A stretch of DNA of 57,627 nt, from NCBI GenBank assembly GCA_021817125.1, contig JAKAWC010000004.1:1-57627 (forward strand), read 5' to 3'. Made by a program: the position numbers and the translations under genes. The DNA is from Candidatus Micrarchaeota archaeon (lineage in GTDB: Archaea > Micrarchaeota > Micrarchaeia > Micrarchaeales > CABMGC01). Below the pieces are notes generated by a model that was given only the letters and a program-made list of their open reading frames with translations, was not told the origin of the DNA and did no database searches. Positions 45,533-54,863 of the stretch are shown one piece after another (the stretch's first letter is position 1; each line of letters begins with the position of its first letter).

Positions 45533-45860
45533 TTAGCTCCAAACATTGTTGAGCAGTATCAGCGCGTAGGCGGAGGAGTTCATGATGTCGAGCAGCGTGT
45601 CTTCGGTCTTCTCGGCAAGCGCCTTTGGTACGACCTTCTTCACCTCGAGGATATGAAGGTTTTCCCCCTTTACCGCTTGTCGTTTATACACGCCCTAATT
45701 CCGATGACGTCGTATTATAGGATGTTAATTGTGCCAGTCTTAATTGTGCCAGTCTGGTTCTTCCGCACGCCGAGGTCTTATGCCCCCTTGAGCATCTCCT
45801 GGTCGTCTTTGCCGAGCAGGTGCAGAGCGAGGGACCAGGTCTGTCTGAAGATCCTCCCGC
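45533..45860 (-). pseudogene. Decayed DUF1599-like (nucleotide-modification-associated) gene
   Basis: ...RKNQTGTI(KTGTI)NIL*YDVIGIRACINDKR*..ENL...EKTEDTLLDIMNSSAYALILLNNVWS*; three in-frame stops, one frameshift and a 15-bp tandem duplication (45726-45755). Confidence 0.6.
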
Positions 45861-45912
45861 CTCTGCGGTGCCATGTGTGTGAATTATTATTTTCTCGAAC
45901 GACGTGGGGAGT

Positions 45913-46146
45913 TTATCCGGTATTAGCTTGACGTGCTTTACCCTGTCGCCGTTCCTGAAGCCGACGTCCTCTCCCTCTTAGGTGCTTATAACCCGAATAT
46001 GCCAAGTAGGCTAGACCAGACAACAGGAGGGTCACAACCAAACTCACTATTGCAGAACCGAGTAGGGACACCCCAGAACCCGTCCCTGCTCTCGTTAGAA
46101 TCCCCCATAAACCAAACATCCCCCACATCCAATTCCAATTTACCAT
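45913..46146 (-). CDS. Small hypothetical membrane protein
   Basis: Hydrophobic helix followed by an Arg-rich tail; GGTG RBS. Confidence 0.4.
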   Translation of the reverse strand: MVNWNWMWGMFGLWGILTRAGTGSGVSLLGSAIVSLVVTLLLSGLAYLAYSGYKHLRGRGRRLQERRQGKARQANTG

Positions 46147-46279
46147 ACTTTACACCTCAGTACCTAGCGCAATGGGCTTCTAATATACCACCCTATTTCG
46201 CTTCAGGTATAAATACCTTGGACAAACACCGTATCCTCAGTCGAATCACAGAAAAAGAACCTAAAAAAGAAAAATGAAC

Positions 46280-46567
46280 TTATCTTGAAAGGTCGTTGAC
46301 CTCCTCCTTCGTCGCTGGCTCGCCAGGAATCGATGTCGGGGTCGGGGCGGATATCAGGACCACATCTCCGACGTTCTTCACATTCTTGTACAGAATGGAT
46401 TTCGCCTTGAGCGCTCCTTTTACGTCTCCCCTTACGTTCTTCCACTTGGTGAGTAGAAGTCTGCTCACTTCGCCCTTCTCGAGGTCAAGTATAAGATCCT
46501 GCACCTCTCCAAGGCGTGAGCCCGCGTCGCTGTATATATCCATGTTGTAGATGTCTGTAAGCTTCAT
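46280..46567 (-). CDS. PRC-barrel protein (CdpB-like archaeal division-associated family)
   Basis: LTDIYNMDIYSDAGSRLGEVQDLILD...VKNVGDVVLI. Confidence 0.85.
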   Translation of the reverse strand: MKLTDIYNMDIYSDAGSRLGEVQDLILDLEKGEVSRLLLTKWKNVRGDVKGALKAKSILYKNVKNVGDVVLISAPTPTSIPGEPATKEEVNDLSR

Positions 46568-46653
46568 TCCATCGCCTCTGCTATCATATACTCTGGAAGG
46601 TTTAAAAATCTTCGAGGTGTCGCCGTATAGTGGAATCTATGGGAGATACGGAG

Positions 46654-47115
46654 TCAGTGACTGGTTCTGCCCTTTGCTGCATCAAATTCCGCGCGGAGTT
46701 CCCGTGCCCTTTTTGGCAGCTCTTCGATGCTGTAATGTATGGGCCTTGCGCCAGGGTTCGCCATAAGAATACCGAACTTTTCATCGTTGCGGTCAGCGCT
46801 TGTGACGCCGATGACGTGCATATGATAATGTGCTATTGTAGAGCCAGACTCAGCCCCGACCATAGATATTAGCCGGTACGATGCAATGCCCCTGCGCTCT
46901 GCCACATGCCGGATTAGGCTTAGAGCTTCATTGAAGTCAGCTGTCTCCTGGCCAGTAAACTCATCTATGTGATCTCTGTGCTCCATGGGTATGACCATGA
47001 AATGAGTAGACGTCACGCCATCCTTAGCGAGCACGATGCGCATCGTGCCCACGGTAGTGATGGTAGAACTCCCGATTATCCCCTCATTACAGAATATATC
47101 TGATTGCTCTGCCAT
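46654..47115 (-). CDS. HIT family protein
   Basis: DIFC, HFMVIPMEH, GAESGSTIAHYHMHVI. Confidence 0.88.
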   Translation of the reverse strand: MAEQSDIFCNEGIIGSSTITTVGTMRIVLAKDGVTSTHFMVIPMEHRDHIDEFTGQETADFNEALSLIRHVAERRGIASYRLISMVGAESGSTIAHYHMHVIGVTSADRNDEKFGILMANPGARPIHYSIEELPKRARELRAEFDAAKGRTSH

Positions 47116-47145
47116 GATTGTAATCCGCTTGACACGTATAAGAAG

Positions 47146-48303
47146 CTATGGCTGCATCCAGTCTATCTCATAGTACTCGTGCTTGCTCCGCGGCAGGGCT
47201 ATCTGTCTGACTTTGTAGTATGTAACTGCGGTCTCCCGGTCGACGATTGCGAGTATCAGATCGAGTCTCTTTGACTTCGCCGACTTTATCGCTCCCGATA
47301 ACTCCTTCCCGCCTATGTATTCTTCCTCACCGAGAGAGAGCATGGCATATCTTGGCGGGCTCGATATGGGATTGTCGGCTTCACCGCCCTTTCGGTGATA
47401 CAGGATGTAGTCGGGGAGTGTCTTCTGCCCTCCGGTCTTGCCGGGCACCGCAAGTATGAATGTCTTTTTCACCGAGTGCGCAACCCTTATCGCCCTCGCC
47501 CACTCCGAGATAAGCAGCCTTGACTCCTTTGGGAATACGTGCACCACGTGCTTTGAGTGCACCCAGCCGTCCGAGTTCGCCTGTATCGGCTTCGCCCCAG
47601 GGAAGTAGAGCCTAAAGTGGGCGCCGAACTTGAATCCGGTCTTTATCACGTACCCCCTCTCGCGCCAGTCCTTATACACCTCATAGAGACCTGCTATGTC
47701 TGGCCTTCTTGACGCTGCGAGCGAGAGGATGTCTTTCTTGGACACATTGCCAGGTTTGAGCATTCCCTTCTCAATCAGAAAGAGGGTCTCGTATATGTCG
47801 AACTTGTTAAGCCTGCCCCTGTCAGCTGCCTTATATGTGCCAAACTGCCCGAGCCAATAGTTGTCGTACAGCTCCTTGCCCTTCTCTGCATCTTCTATCA
47901 CTGTGGTCAGGTCTGTCCTAAAGAAGACGCCGTCGAGTCTGCACCGCGGCAGCCTCAGCCTTACAGATGGGTACCTCTTGACCGGCGTTTTGTCGGGGGC
48001 TGCGTGCGCGAACCCGGGATCCTTGATGACAAGACCGCGGTCCCTCCAATCCTTGTACGTGAAATAACGCGCTATGAACTTCCCATCAGCCGAATGCGGT
48101 CTTGATAGCTCATTGAACGACAATTTCTTTCCCTTGGCGTCGACGCAGGTTGCGTTACGCGAGTCCATTAGGTACAGCGCTTCCACTACCGTTAGCACTA
48201 GTTCGCCATCGACCACTTTTCCGAAGTATCCTTTCTTGAGGATGTCTTTTGTAGATTGGTCTGCGGCGACTAGCTTGCCCCTGGCGTATTTTATCTCGAG
48301 CAT
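47146..48303 (-). CDS. endA: tRNA splicing endonuclease, epsilon2 (ARMAN)-type three-unit architecture
   Basis: 385 aa with repeated YKDWRxRG units, GFKFGAHFRLY catalytic unit, HSK.., RVAHSVKK, and a third unit ending VDRETAVTYY. Confidence 0.9.
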   Translation of the reverse strand: MLEIKYARGKLVAADQSTKDILKKGYFGKVVDGELVLTVVEALYLMDSRNATCVDAKGKKLSFNELSRPHSADGKFIARYFTYKDWRDRGLVIKDPGFAHAAPDKTPVKRYPSVRLRLPRCRLDGVFFRTDLTTVIEDAEKGKELYDNYWLGQFGTYKAADRGRLNKFDIYETLFLIEKGMLKPGNVSKKDILSLAASRRPDIAGLYEVYKDWRERGYVIKTGFKFGAHFRLYFPGAKPIQANSDGWVHSKHVVHVFPKESRLLISEWARAIRVAHSVKKTFILAVPGKTGGQKTLPDYILYHRKGGEADNPISSPPRYAMLSLGEEEYIGGKELSGAIKSAKSKRLDLILAIVDRETAVTYYKVRQIALPRSKHEYYEIDWMQP

Positions 48304-48374
48304 AGGACAAGCCCTATCAGGAAGATAAGGCTTAAGAAGATAAATATCTATGTCTCAGCGTACGGGGCGACGCA

Positions 48375-49418
48375 TTGGCAAGGACGAATGATGGTACAAG
48401 CTACCTGAAGGAGGTCGGCAAGATAAAGAAGGAGGTCGACTTCAGGAAACGGGTTGACAAGCTTAAGCTGGTGCTCATATCTTTCCTGGCATTCAGCTTC
48501 GTGGTCTTCCTGGTAATAGCGGGGCTTGCGGTGCTGAACGAGGGGGTAGGCACTTTCGTTTCGACTCTCGAGTCGATCAATCTCTTCTATTTCTTCCTGG
48601 CGCTTGTCGTGATACTACTTGCAGACCTGATGATGTTCCCGAAGTGGCAGTTCTTCACGAGAAGGCTCGGGGTCAGGATCTCGTGGAAGAAGAACCTCCT
48701 AGTCTACCTGTCAATGTTTGCTATGGAGCTCACTCCCGGCAGGTGGGGGAGGGCTGTCGTTTCGTTTACATTGAATAGGATAACGGGCAAGGACTTCGGA
48801 GCGACATTCCCTGCGGTGGTCGCTGACGTTTTCACGGACTTCCTCGGCTTCGCGCTGCTGTCGCTCATAGCGATATTCTTCGTAGGTAGCAAGTACATCA
48901 TATCGTCGCTCGTGATAATGATCTTACTGCTGATACCGTTTGCATTCATGTTCCACAAGACACCGTTCAGGCTCTTCAAGAGGGCCCTCAGCAGAGTCTC
49001 GTTTATGAAGACATTCTTCGAAGTCGGGGAGATGTACTTCGAGAACAACACAAAGCTAGGGGGAGGGATATATGCGTATTCGCTGCTTTACACCCTACCG
49101 GCGATGTTCATGAACAGCGTGGCATTCTACCTTATCGTCTACAGTTTCGGCATACCGCTGAACATACTTTACCTGCCCGTGATAGTATTCATCTACACGT
49201 CATCCGCACTGTTCGGGATGATAACGGGAGTTCCGGGCAGCATCGGTGCTACAGAGACTGCGCTTATAGCGTATCTTGTCGCTTTCCTTGGGGGGCTCGG
49301 GGTGACATTCGGAATAGCAGCAGCGATAACCATCTTCACCAGGATAGCGAACCTCTGGTTCGTGGAGGCATTCGGGTTCGCAGCGATGGCTTACACGTTC
49401 AGGTACTGGAAGAAGTAG
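48375..49418 (+). CDS. Lysylphosphatidylglycerol-synthase TM / flippase-like protein (UPF0104)
   Basis: KW, LTPGRWG, PGSIGATE, IFTR motifs; polytopic. Confidence 0.82.
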   Translation: MARTNDGTSYLKEVGKIKKEVDFRKRVDKLKLVLISFLAFSFVVFLVIAGLAVLNEGVGTFVSTLESINLFYFFLALVVILLADLMMFPKWQFFTRRLGVRISWKKNLLVYLSMFAMELTPGRWGRAVVSFTLNRITGKDFGATFPAVVADVFTDFLGFALLSLIAIFFVGSKYIISSLVIMILLLIPFAFMFHKTPFRLFKRALSRVSFMKTFFEVGEMYFENNTKLGGGIYAYSLLYTLPAMFMNSVAFYLIVYSFGIPLNILYLPVIVFIYTSSALFGMITGVPGSIGATETALIAYLVAFLGGLGVTFGIAAAITIFTRIANLWFVEAFGFAAMAYTFRYWKK

Positions 49419-49852
49419 TCGGACGCCTTTAGCGTCTGCACCATGTCTGATGTTGGTACCCGAAGCTCTCTTGAGGTCGGATTCTTGCCACGTGACCTCG
49501 GGTTAGAGGTCACTGTCAGCTCTACCTCCTGACCATCCCCGCTTGCACGCGAAAGGACGATGTCAATGCTACGCACGTTTGGGAAACGTGACCTAGGCAG
49601 CAGGAGCACCCACCCAATGTGGTCATCTCGGAAGGAGAACCGTACGTGCATCTCAGCCGCAAGCTCCTGGAGCGATGATATGACACGGTTCGTCAGTTTG
49701 GCGAGAACGTTGGCCCTCCCATCTTTTCCATCATCCAGTTCGTGCCACGCTATGAGTTCTCGCCTCTGCATGGCCTTTAGCGCCTGTGCCGCAGCGTTGG
49801 CTGGAGGGGCTGCAACGCTCACTGTCGGCGCTATTGCTATGGTCTCGTTCAT
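49391..49852 (-). CDS. Hypothetical protein
   Basis: 153-aa ORF with ATG and upstream TATA-like box; convergent overlap with neighbour. Confidence 0.5.
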   Translation of the reverse strand: MNETIAIAPTVSVAAPPANAAAQALKAMQRRELIAWHELDDGKDGRANVLAKLTNRVISSLQELAAEMHVRFSFRDDHIGWVLLLPRSRFPNVRSIDIVLSRASGDGQEVELTVTSNPRSRGKNPTSRELRVPTSDMVQTLKASDYFFQYLNV

Positions 49853-49891
49853 ACTTCCACTCAGGACTAGGATTAATATTAGGGCAAGCTA

Positions 49892-50650
49892 TTATTTAAG
49901 GCTATTTGCCCGGAGGGATTCCTCTTCTGCAAAGTTGAGCCTTGCGGGGATTATCAACGCCGTTGCCTTCGCCCTATCCGATGTCGCCTTGCCGATGGTG
50001 GTATAGTCTATCGCCTGGATGTTCCTGCCGATGTCGCATAGGACTATGACTCTGGTGTCTGGGGTCAGGACCCCGTAGCCCTTCTCCTCCTCGGCTTTCA
50101 GGAGCAGTGCTACGGCTTCGGAGGCGTTCATGTGCCTGCCCTCGGCCGCATCTATATCCAGCAGGACAAGCGTGTGCTGCCCATTGGACTGATTCTTCAT
50201 TATGACATCCAAGAACGAAGTTGGCTTGTACTTCGCACTCCAGAAGGGCACTGTTGTGGTGGGCCCGAACCGGTAGATATCGAGCCCGCTTACACCTATC
50301 GCTGCGGAAAAGATGGATGACGAGTGGAACACCTCGACGCTTGCACCGACCTTTTTGGCGGCGTCGGCGACAATATGGTGTGTTGTTGCGACCAGTGGGT
50401 CCCCGGGGATCAGCAGCGCGATGTTCTTTGTCTTGGAGTCCTTGATGGTCGCATCCACATTCTCTTCCAGGTCGGATCTCTTGATGAACTGGATCCTCTT
50501 TCCAGTCTCCTTCTCCAGGAAGTCGATATACCCCCCTGGCAGTATGGTAGTATATTGCTCCGCGAGGACGCGATCGGCGCTCTTAAGCGCTTCGAGCGCC
50601 CTTACAGAGAGGTCCTTGGTCTCCAGGCCAAGGCCGATGAGCATTAGCAT
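49892..50650 (-). CDS. dph5: Diphthine synthase
   Basis: LIGLGL, EQYT, GDPLVATTH, GLDIYRFG, HTLVLLDI. Confidence 0.95.
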   Translation of the reverse strand: MLMLIGLGLETKDLSVRALEALKSADRVLAEQYTTILPGGYIDFLEKETGKRIQFIKRSDLEENVDATIKDSKTKNIALLIPGDPLVATTHHIVADAAKKVGASVEVFHSSSIFSAAIGVSGLDIYRFGPTTTVPFWSAKYKPTSFLDVIMKNQSNGQHTLVLLDIDAAEGRHMNASEAVALLLKAEEEKGYGVLTPDTRVIVLCDIGRNIQAIDYTTIGKATSDRAKATALIIPARLNFAEEESLRANSLK

Positions 50651-50654
50651 ACGT

Positions 50655-51617
50655 TCAATCCTTTATTCCATCGAGGGAGATCTTGATGACCGCTTCTCCT
50701 TCAGGCTGGCTTGGCGAGTCCACGAGCCGGACTATCCGCTTCTCCTCCTTTGATTTCCGCATGTAGAGCCGTGTGGTGGCTGCGTGCGCGACTATGTTGC
50801 CACCGACAGGCGTCGTCGGGTCCCCGAACATTATGCCCGGGTTGTCCATGACCTGGTTCGTTATGTAGACGGCTAGGCCGTGTGCGTCGGCCAGCTGCTG
50901 CAGTTTGTGGATGTGCGTATTGAGCTTCTGCTGCCTCTCTCCGAGAGCCCCCCTCCCGAGGTACTCAGACCTGAAGAGAGACATGAGCGAATCGACCACT
51001 ATGAGCCTGATGTTGTTCTCCCGGATGAGCTTGTCTGCGCGGTCGAGAGTGAGCATCTGCTGCTCTGTGTTCTCGGCGCGGACTACGAATATGCCATTTA
51101 GGGCCTCTTTCGGATCCATTCCCTTTGCCTTCGCTATCGACTCGATCCGCTCGGGCCTGAAAGTGCCCTCCGTGTCGAGGAAGAGAACCTTCCCGCCTAG
51201 CCCTCCCTTGTCCGTCGGGAGTTGAACGTCGACGCATAGCTGGAACCCAAGCTGGGTCTTTCCAGAGGCGAACCTGCCATACGTCTCGGTTATCCCCTGT
51301 GCCTCTACGCCCCCTCCGAGAAGCTCGTCGAGCTCCTTCGAATTTGTCGATATCCGCCCGAGAGATTTCCTCTTCTCGTAGACGTCAGATGCTGAAGAAT
51401 AATTGAGCGTTGTTGCCTGCTTTGCCGCCTCTACCGCCTTCTTCGCGGCGTCGACACTTATGTCTGCGATATCAGATAGATCGTGCGGCGATGAGGTCGC
51501 CACCTTCTCTAGGGTGGATATGTCTGCTGCCCTGAGCTTCTCTGCCGATGCGGGCCCTATGCCCGGCAGATCCTCTAGCTCTTTTACAACTACAGTCTTC
51601 TCTTTTTCCTTTGGCAC
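50655..51617 (-). CDS. radA: DNA repair and recombination protein RadA
   Basis: HhH LPGIGP, GRFASGKTQ, DTEGTFRPERI, FRSEYLGRGALGERQQ, TNQV; no intein. Confidence 0.97.
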   Translation of the reverse strand: MPKEKEKTVVVKELEDLPGIGPASAEKLRAADISTLEKVATSSPHDLSDIADISVDAAKKAVEAAKQATTLNYSSASDVYEKRKSLGRISTNSKELDELLGGGVEAQGITETYGRFASGKTQLGFQLCVDVQLPTDKGGLGGKVLFLDTEGTFRPERIESIAKAKGMDPKEALNGIFVVRAENTEQQMLTLDRADKLIRENNIRLIVVDSLMSLFRSEYLGRGALGERQQKLNTHIHKLQQLADAHGLAVYITNQVMDNPGIMFGDPTTPVGGNIVAHAATTRLYMRKSKEEKRIVRLVDSPSQPEGEAVIKISLDGIKD

Positions 51618-51695
51618 CCTCCCACCATTTATATCGACAAAAAGTATACAGAATAGATTAACCTTTCAAAGATATATACCTTTGCCTGGAGCTGC

Positions 51696-52061
51696 TTACT
51701 GCCTGTGTGCGTCGGCTAGGGGCTTCTTCGTGGAGGCGACGTTCACCTGAGTGGGGGAGACGTTCTGCGGGCTCCTGTTGCCTGCACCCTGCTCGGATGG
51801 GCTGGCCGTAGCTTGGAGCGTGTCGACCAGCACCCACGTCTTGAACGGTTCTCCGACTGCGGGCTTGGAGGTGCTGGTGTAGTGTCTGACCCCGTTGAAC
51901 TCGGTGTAGGTGAATCCGGGATATCGGGGGTCTATACTGGGCTGCGGCTCTTCCGCCTCCTCTTTTTCCCATTGGGGCATGGTCATCGGAGAAGACCCGT
52001 CGTCGGTATTGGGCACAAGGCTGAGGGCATCGCGTTGCGCGACTGGCTGAGCTGTTTTCAT
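51696..52061 (-). CDS. Hypothetical, largely disordered protein
   Basis: ATG with upstream TTTATAT box; Pro/Gln-rich. Confidence 0.45.
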   Translation of the reverse strand: MKTAQPVAQRDALSLVPNTDDGSSPMTMPQWEKEEAEEPQPSIDPRYPGFTYTEFNGVRHYTSTSKPAVGEPFKTWVLVDTLQATASPSEQGAGNRSPQNVSPTQVNVASTKKPLADAHRQ

Positions 52062-52170
52062 GTTGAAACCTTAGGTAAATTTATTTGAGGGACATATAAA
52101 CTTTTGCTTTGTTTTGTCCACAACAAAGGTTTTAAACGTTGGTAGCGTATTAGTGTATAAACATATTTCA

Positions 52171-52278
52171 GGGCTCCGCCAGGAGGGGTAGCTGTCGTCG
52201 GAAAATAAAAAGGAAGAGGCCAGCACGTTCGCACGCGCTGGCAAGGCGACCAGTTTCTCTTCCTACAGTAGAGAACCC
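52171..52278 (+). ncRNA. Candidate small structured RNA (unassigned)
   Basis: GC-rich island between TATA boxes; stems GCCAGC/GCTGGC, AGGAAGAG/CTCTTCCT followed by ACA, and CTGTCGTC/GGCGACCAG. Confidence 0.4.
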
Positions 52279-52351
52279 GTGATTATAATAAGGAAAAGCA
52301 GTTTTAAAAAGCTTGCGAAATAGTGGAATATATCATAAAGATGGAATCAAA

Positions 52352-53026
52352 ATGCGGACTTTTCTGACGTTAGACGCCAAGGGAGTATTGCTGGCCCTCT
52401 TGCTGGGACTGGGGGTGCTCTACCTGGGCGGCAATGAGGGGGTCTTCTTCCTACTTGTGCTCTTCGGCTTCCTGATTTTGTCGGCGATAGTGACCCGGAT
52501 AGGGGAACGCGGCAAGAAGGCGATAAAGGTATACGAGCGCGCCAGGGGCTGGAAGAACGTCCTGGCGAACGGCTTGATGCCGCTTGTCGTCGCTGGGTTG
52601 TACTACTTTAATCAGTACGGCAACCAGTTCGTGCGCCCCGAGGTGCTAGTCCTTTCTTACGTGGCGACAGTGGCTGCCATAACTGCAGACAAGTTCTCTA
52701 GTGAAATAGGGGTCCTGAATGGAGACCCGCTCATACTTGCGACGTTAAAGATGGGTGTGAAGGGCAAGTCTGGGGGCGTATCCGCCCTGGGGCTCGTGGC
52801 AGGTCTGTTCGGCTCCTTCGTCATAAGCTTGTCGATATTCGCGATTTCCCTGCCGTGGACCTTCATGATTCCATTGATATTCGTTGGTTTCTTCGGCAAC
52901 ATAATCGACTCGCTGCTGGGTTACTTTGAGGATCAGGGGTATGGGAACAAGTTCTCAACGAATTTTATGTGCAGCCTCTCGGCATGGGTGCTCATAATGA
53001 CGATACTAGTGTTCGCAAAAGTATAA
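52352..53026 (+). CDS. DUF92/TMEM19 family membrane protein
   Basis: RGWKNVLANG, AAITADKFSSEIG, SGGVSALG, IDSLLG. Confidence 0.9.
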   Translation: MRTFLTLDAKGVLLALLLGLGVLYLGGNEGVFFLLVLFGFLILSAIVTRIGERGKKAIKVYERARGWKNVLANGLMPLVVAGLYYFNQYGNQFVRPEVLVLSYVATVAAITADKFSSEIGVLNGDPLILATLKMGVKGKSGGVSALGLVAGLFGSFVISLSIFAISLPWTFMIPLIFVGFFGNIIDSLLGYFEDQGYGNKFSTNFMCSLSAWVLIMTILVFAKV

Positions 53027-53126
53027 TTTGGCCGATTTGGTGGGCGTAACCCTTCGGGGTTGGAACGTGAAGTAAACATAGGTATTTAAATAAAAAAACC
53101 CATAATTGTATGCTGATGTTGATAAA

Positions 53127-53849
53127 ATGACCAAGACCCCCCACAAGAACGGCGTTAGGAAGGCAGCCCCCTATGCTCAGGCTAAGAAGAAGGCCAACAA
53201 GAAGGTGCTGAAGCTCACGGCGAGACGGGCCAAGCACGATAGGATGCCTAGGAAGGCGGTTGGATCGACCGGGAAGAACGCTGTTCATGTTTCTAAGACG
53301 CGGAAGCCGAAGGCAATGGCATTCGTTGCGCCTGAAATGGTCGTTTCGCCCCACCAAGTACGCTCCGAGGAGGTCATGAGGGACCCGAAGTTCGCAGAGT
53401 ACCTCGGAAGGAAGGTCGGAAAGAGGGCTGTAGAAGTGGTTACCATACTCGCAACGCCGCAGACGGATGAGAAGGTTGCCGAGGTCATGGCGGTCAAGGT
53501 CAACGAGGTCAGGAGGATGCTTAACGTACTCAACAGTTACAGCCTTGTGAGGTATGATGTTAATAAGGACAACAAGGGCTGGCTTACGTTCAAGTGGTAT
53601 CTGGATAGGGAGAAGATCGCTGAGTTCGGTGACAACGTCATAGCTAAGGAGGGTAGGACGGAGTATTCGCTGCCACAGGGCTGCAATGACTTCTTTGTGT
53701 GTGACACCTGCTACAAGGACCAGAAGCTTGTGCTTCCATTCGACAACGCATTTGAGTCAGCGTTCAAGTGTGAGTGTGGGAGCAAACTGCGTATGATTTC
53801 CAGGCAGGAGACAGAGGCACTCTTCGCCCAAGACGGAAAGGTATTATAA
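53127..53849 (+). CDS. tfe: Transcription factor E (TFE-alpha) with basic N-terminal extension
   Basis: TDEKVAE..VNEVRRML..GWLTFKW winged helix; Zn ribbon CDTC...FKCECG. Confidence 0.88.
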   Translation: MTKTPHKNGVRKAAPYAQAKKKANKKVLKLTARRAKHDRMPRKAVGSTGKNAVHVSKTRKPKAMAFVAPEMVVSPHQVRSEEVMRDPKFAEYLGRKVGKRAVEVVTILATPQTDEKVAEVMAVKVNEVRRMLNVLNSYSLVRYDVNKDNKGWLTFKWYLDREKIAEFGDNVIAKEGRTEYSLPQGCNDFFVCDTCYKDQKLVLPFDNAFESAFKCECGSKLRMISRQETEALFAQDGKVL

Positions 53850-53878
53850 CTCTTTCAGGTTAATCTTTTGTGTTCTGT

Positions 53879-53953
53879 AGCGGGGTAGAGTAGCCTGGAG
53901 TGCTCGTCGGGCTCATAACCCGAAGATCGTTGGTTCAAATCCAGCCCCCGCTA
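53879..53953 (+). tRNA. Initiator tRNA-Met (CAT)
   Basis: A1-U72 pair, GGG/CCC in the anticodon stem, loop CTCATAA. Confidence 0.96.
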
Positions 53954-54092
53954 TCCCGTTTATGACTGCCACCACCCCACAATTCCACAAATCGGTCATC
54001 TTTATATTATATTAGCAATTAATAGATCATCAAAACAAAGTAATGATGGGGTCTTTGTTTGTATTTTTTAATGGAAGTGTGGGGTTAGGGAA

Positions 54093-54569
54093 ATGGTAAA
54101 CGAGACATCTGCTGAAGACATTTTCAAGAAACTGCAAGAAGAGAAGAAGACCGGCGAGCTGCTCCCACTCAACAAAGATTTCTACCATCTGATAGGGTCA
54201 CACAAAGCGGTCAGCAGCCAAGACATGCAAATGATTCAAGAACAGGAAAACATAGTGCGGCTCGTCAAGAACCTGAAGGAGAAGCGCATCCAGAAGATAC
54301 TCATTTACCTTGCTTACAGCAAACCACTCCCATCGCAGATCCCGCCAGAAGAAGAAGATTTATATAGAGAAATGCAGAAGATACTAAACAGAACATCAAC
54401 CCCCAGCAATAGGAACCAAAAGATAAGGATCCTCGCAGACATCCCGGAAGTGATCACGACAAAGGGAAACAAGATCGGGCCATTCAAGCAAGGACAGGTC
54501 ATCGAGACAGACAACCGAAATGATATTGAGTTTATTGTCAACAACAAACTCGGAGAAATAACAAACTGA
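54093..54569 (+). CDS. GINS subunit (GINS15/Gins51-like)
   Basis: EKKTGELLPLNKDFY, KRIQKI, EEEDLY; B-domain IRILADIPE...IGPFKQG; canonical position before rpl44e. Confidence 0.78.
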   Translation: MVNETSAEDIFKKLQEEKKTGELLPLNKDFYHLIGSHKAVSSQDMQMIQEQENIVRLVKNLKEKRIQKILIYLAYSKPLPSQIPPEEEDLYREMQKILNRTSTPSNRNQKIRILADIPEVITTKGNKIGPFKQGQVIETDNRNDIEFIVNNKLGEITN

Positions 54570-54577
54570 GTGATTTT

Positions 54578-54859
54578 ATGAAAGTACAGAAGGAGATGAA
54601 TGTTTATTGCCCATACTGCAACAAACACACGAAGCACAGCGCAAAGCTCTACAGTAGCAAGCCTGAGAGATGGATGAACGTCGGAAGGAGAAGGCACGAG
54701 AGGGCGATCCGTGGTTACGTAGGCAAGGTAGAGCCCGTGGCTCACTCAAAGAAGCCAGGCAAGAGGCAGAAGCTCATGCTCGAATGTTCGGTCTGCAAAA
54801 AGTATGTGGAGAGAGTCATCCACGGCAGGACAAAAAAGAAGCTCGAGATAGCTCGCTGA
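54578..54859 (+). CDS. rpl44e: 50S ribosomal protein eL42 (L44e)
   Basis: YCPYCNKHTKH, LECSVCKK. Confidence 0.95.
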   Translation: MKVQKEMNVYCPYCNKHTKHSAKLYSSKPERWMNVGRRRHERAIRGYVGKVEPVAHSKKPGKRQKLMLECSVCKKYVERVIHGRTKKKLEIAR

Positions 54860-54863
54860 GTAG

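Noticed and set aside
45415-45546. N-terminal extension of the GNAT ORF (and likewise 8784-8843 of the RHH ORF)
   Set aside because: These extensions run through tRNA genes; the true starts are the downstream ATGs.
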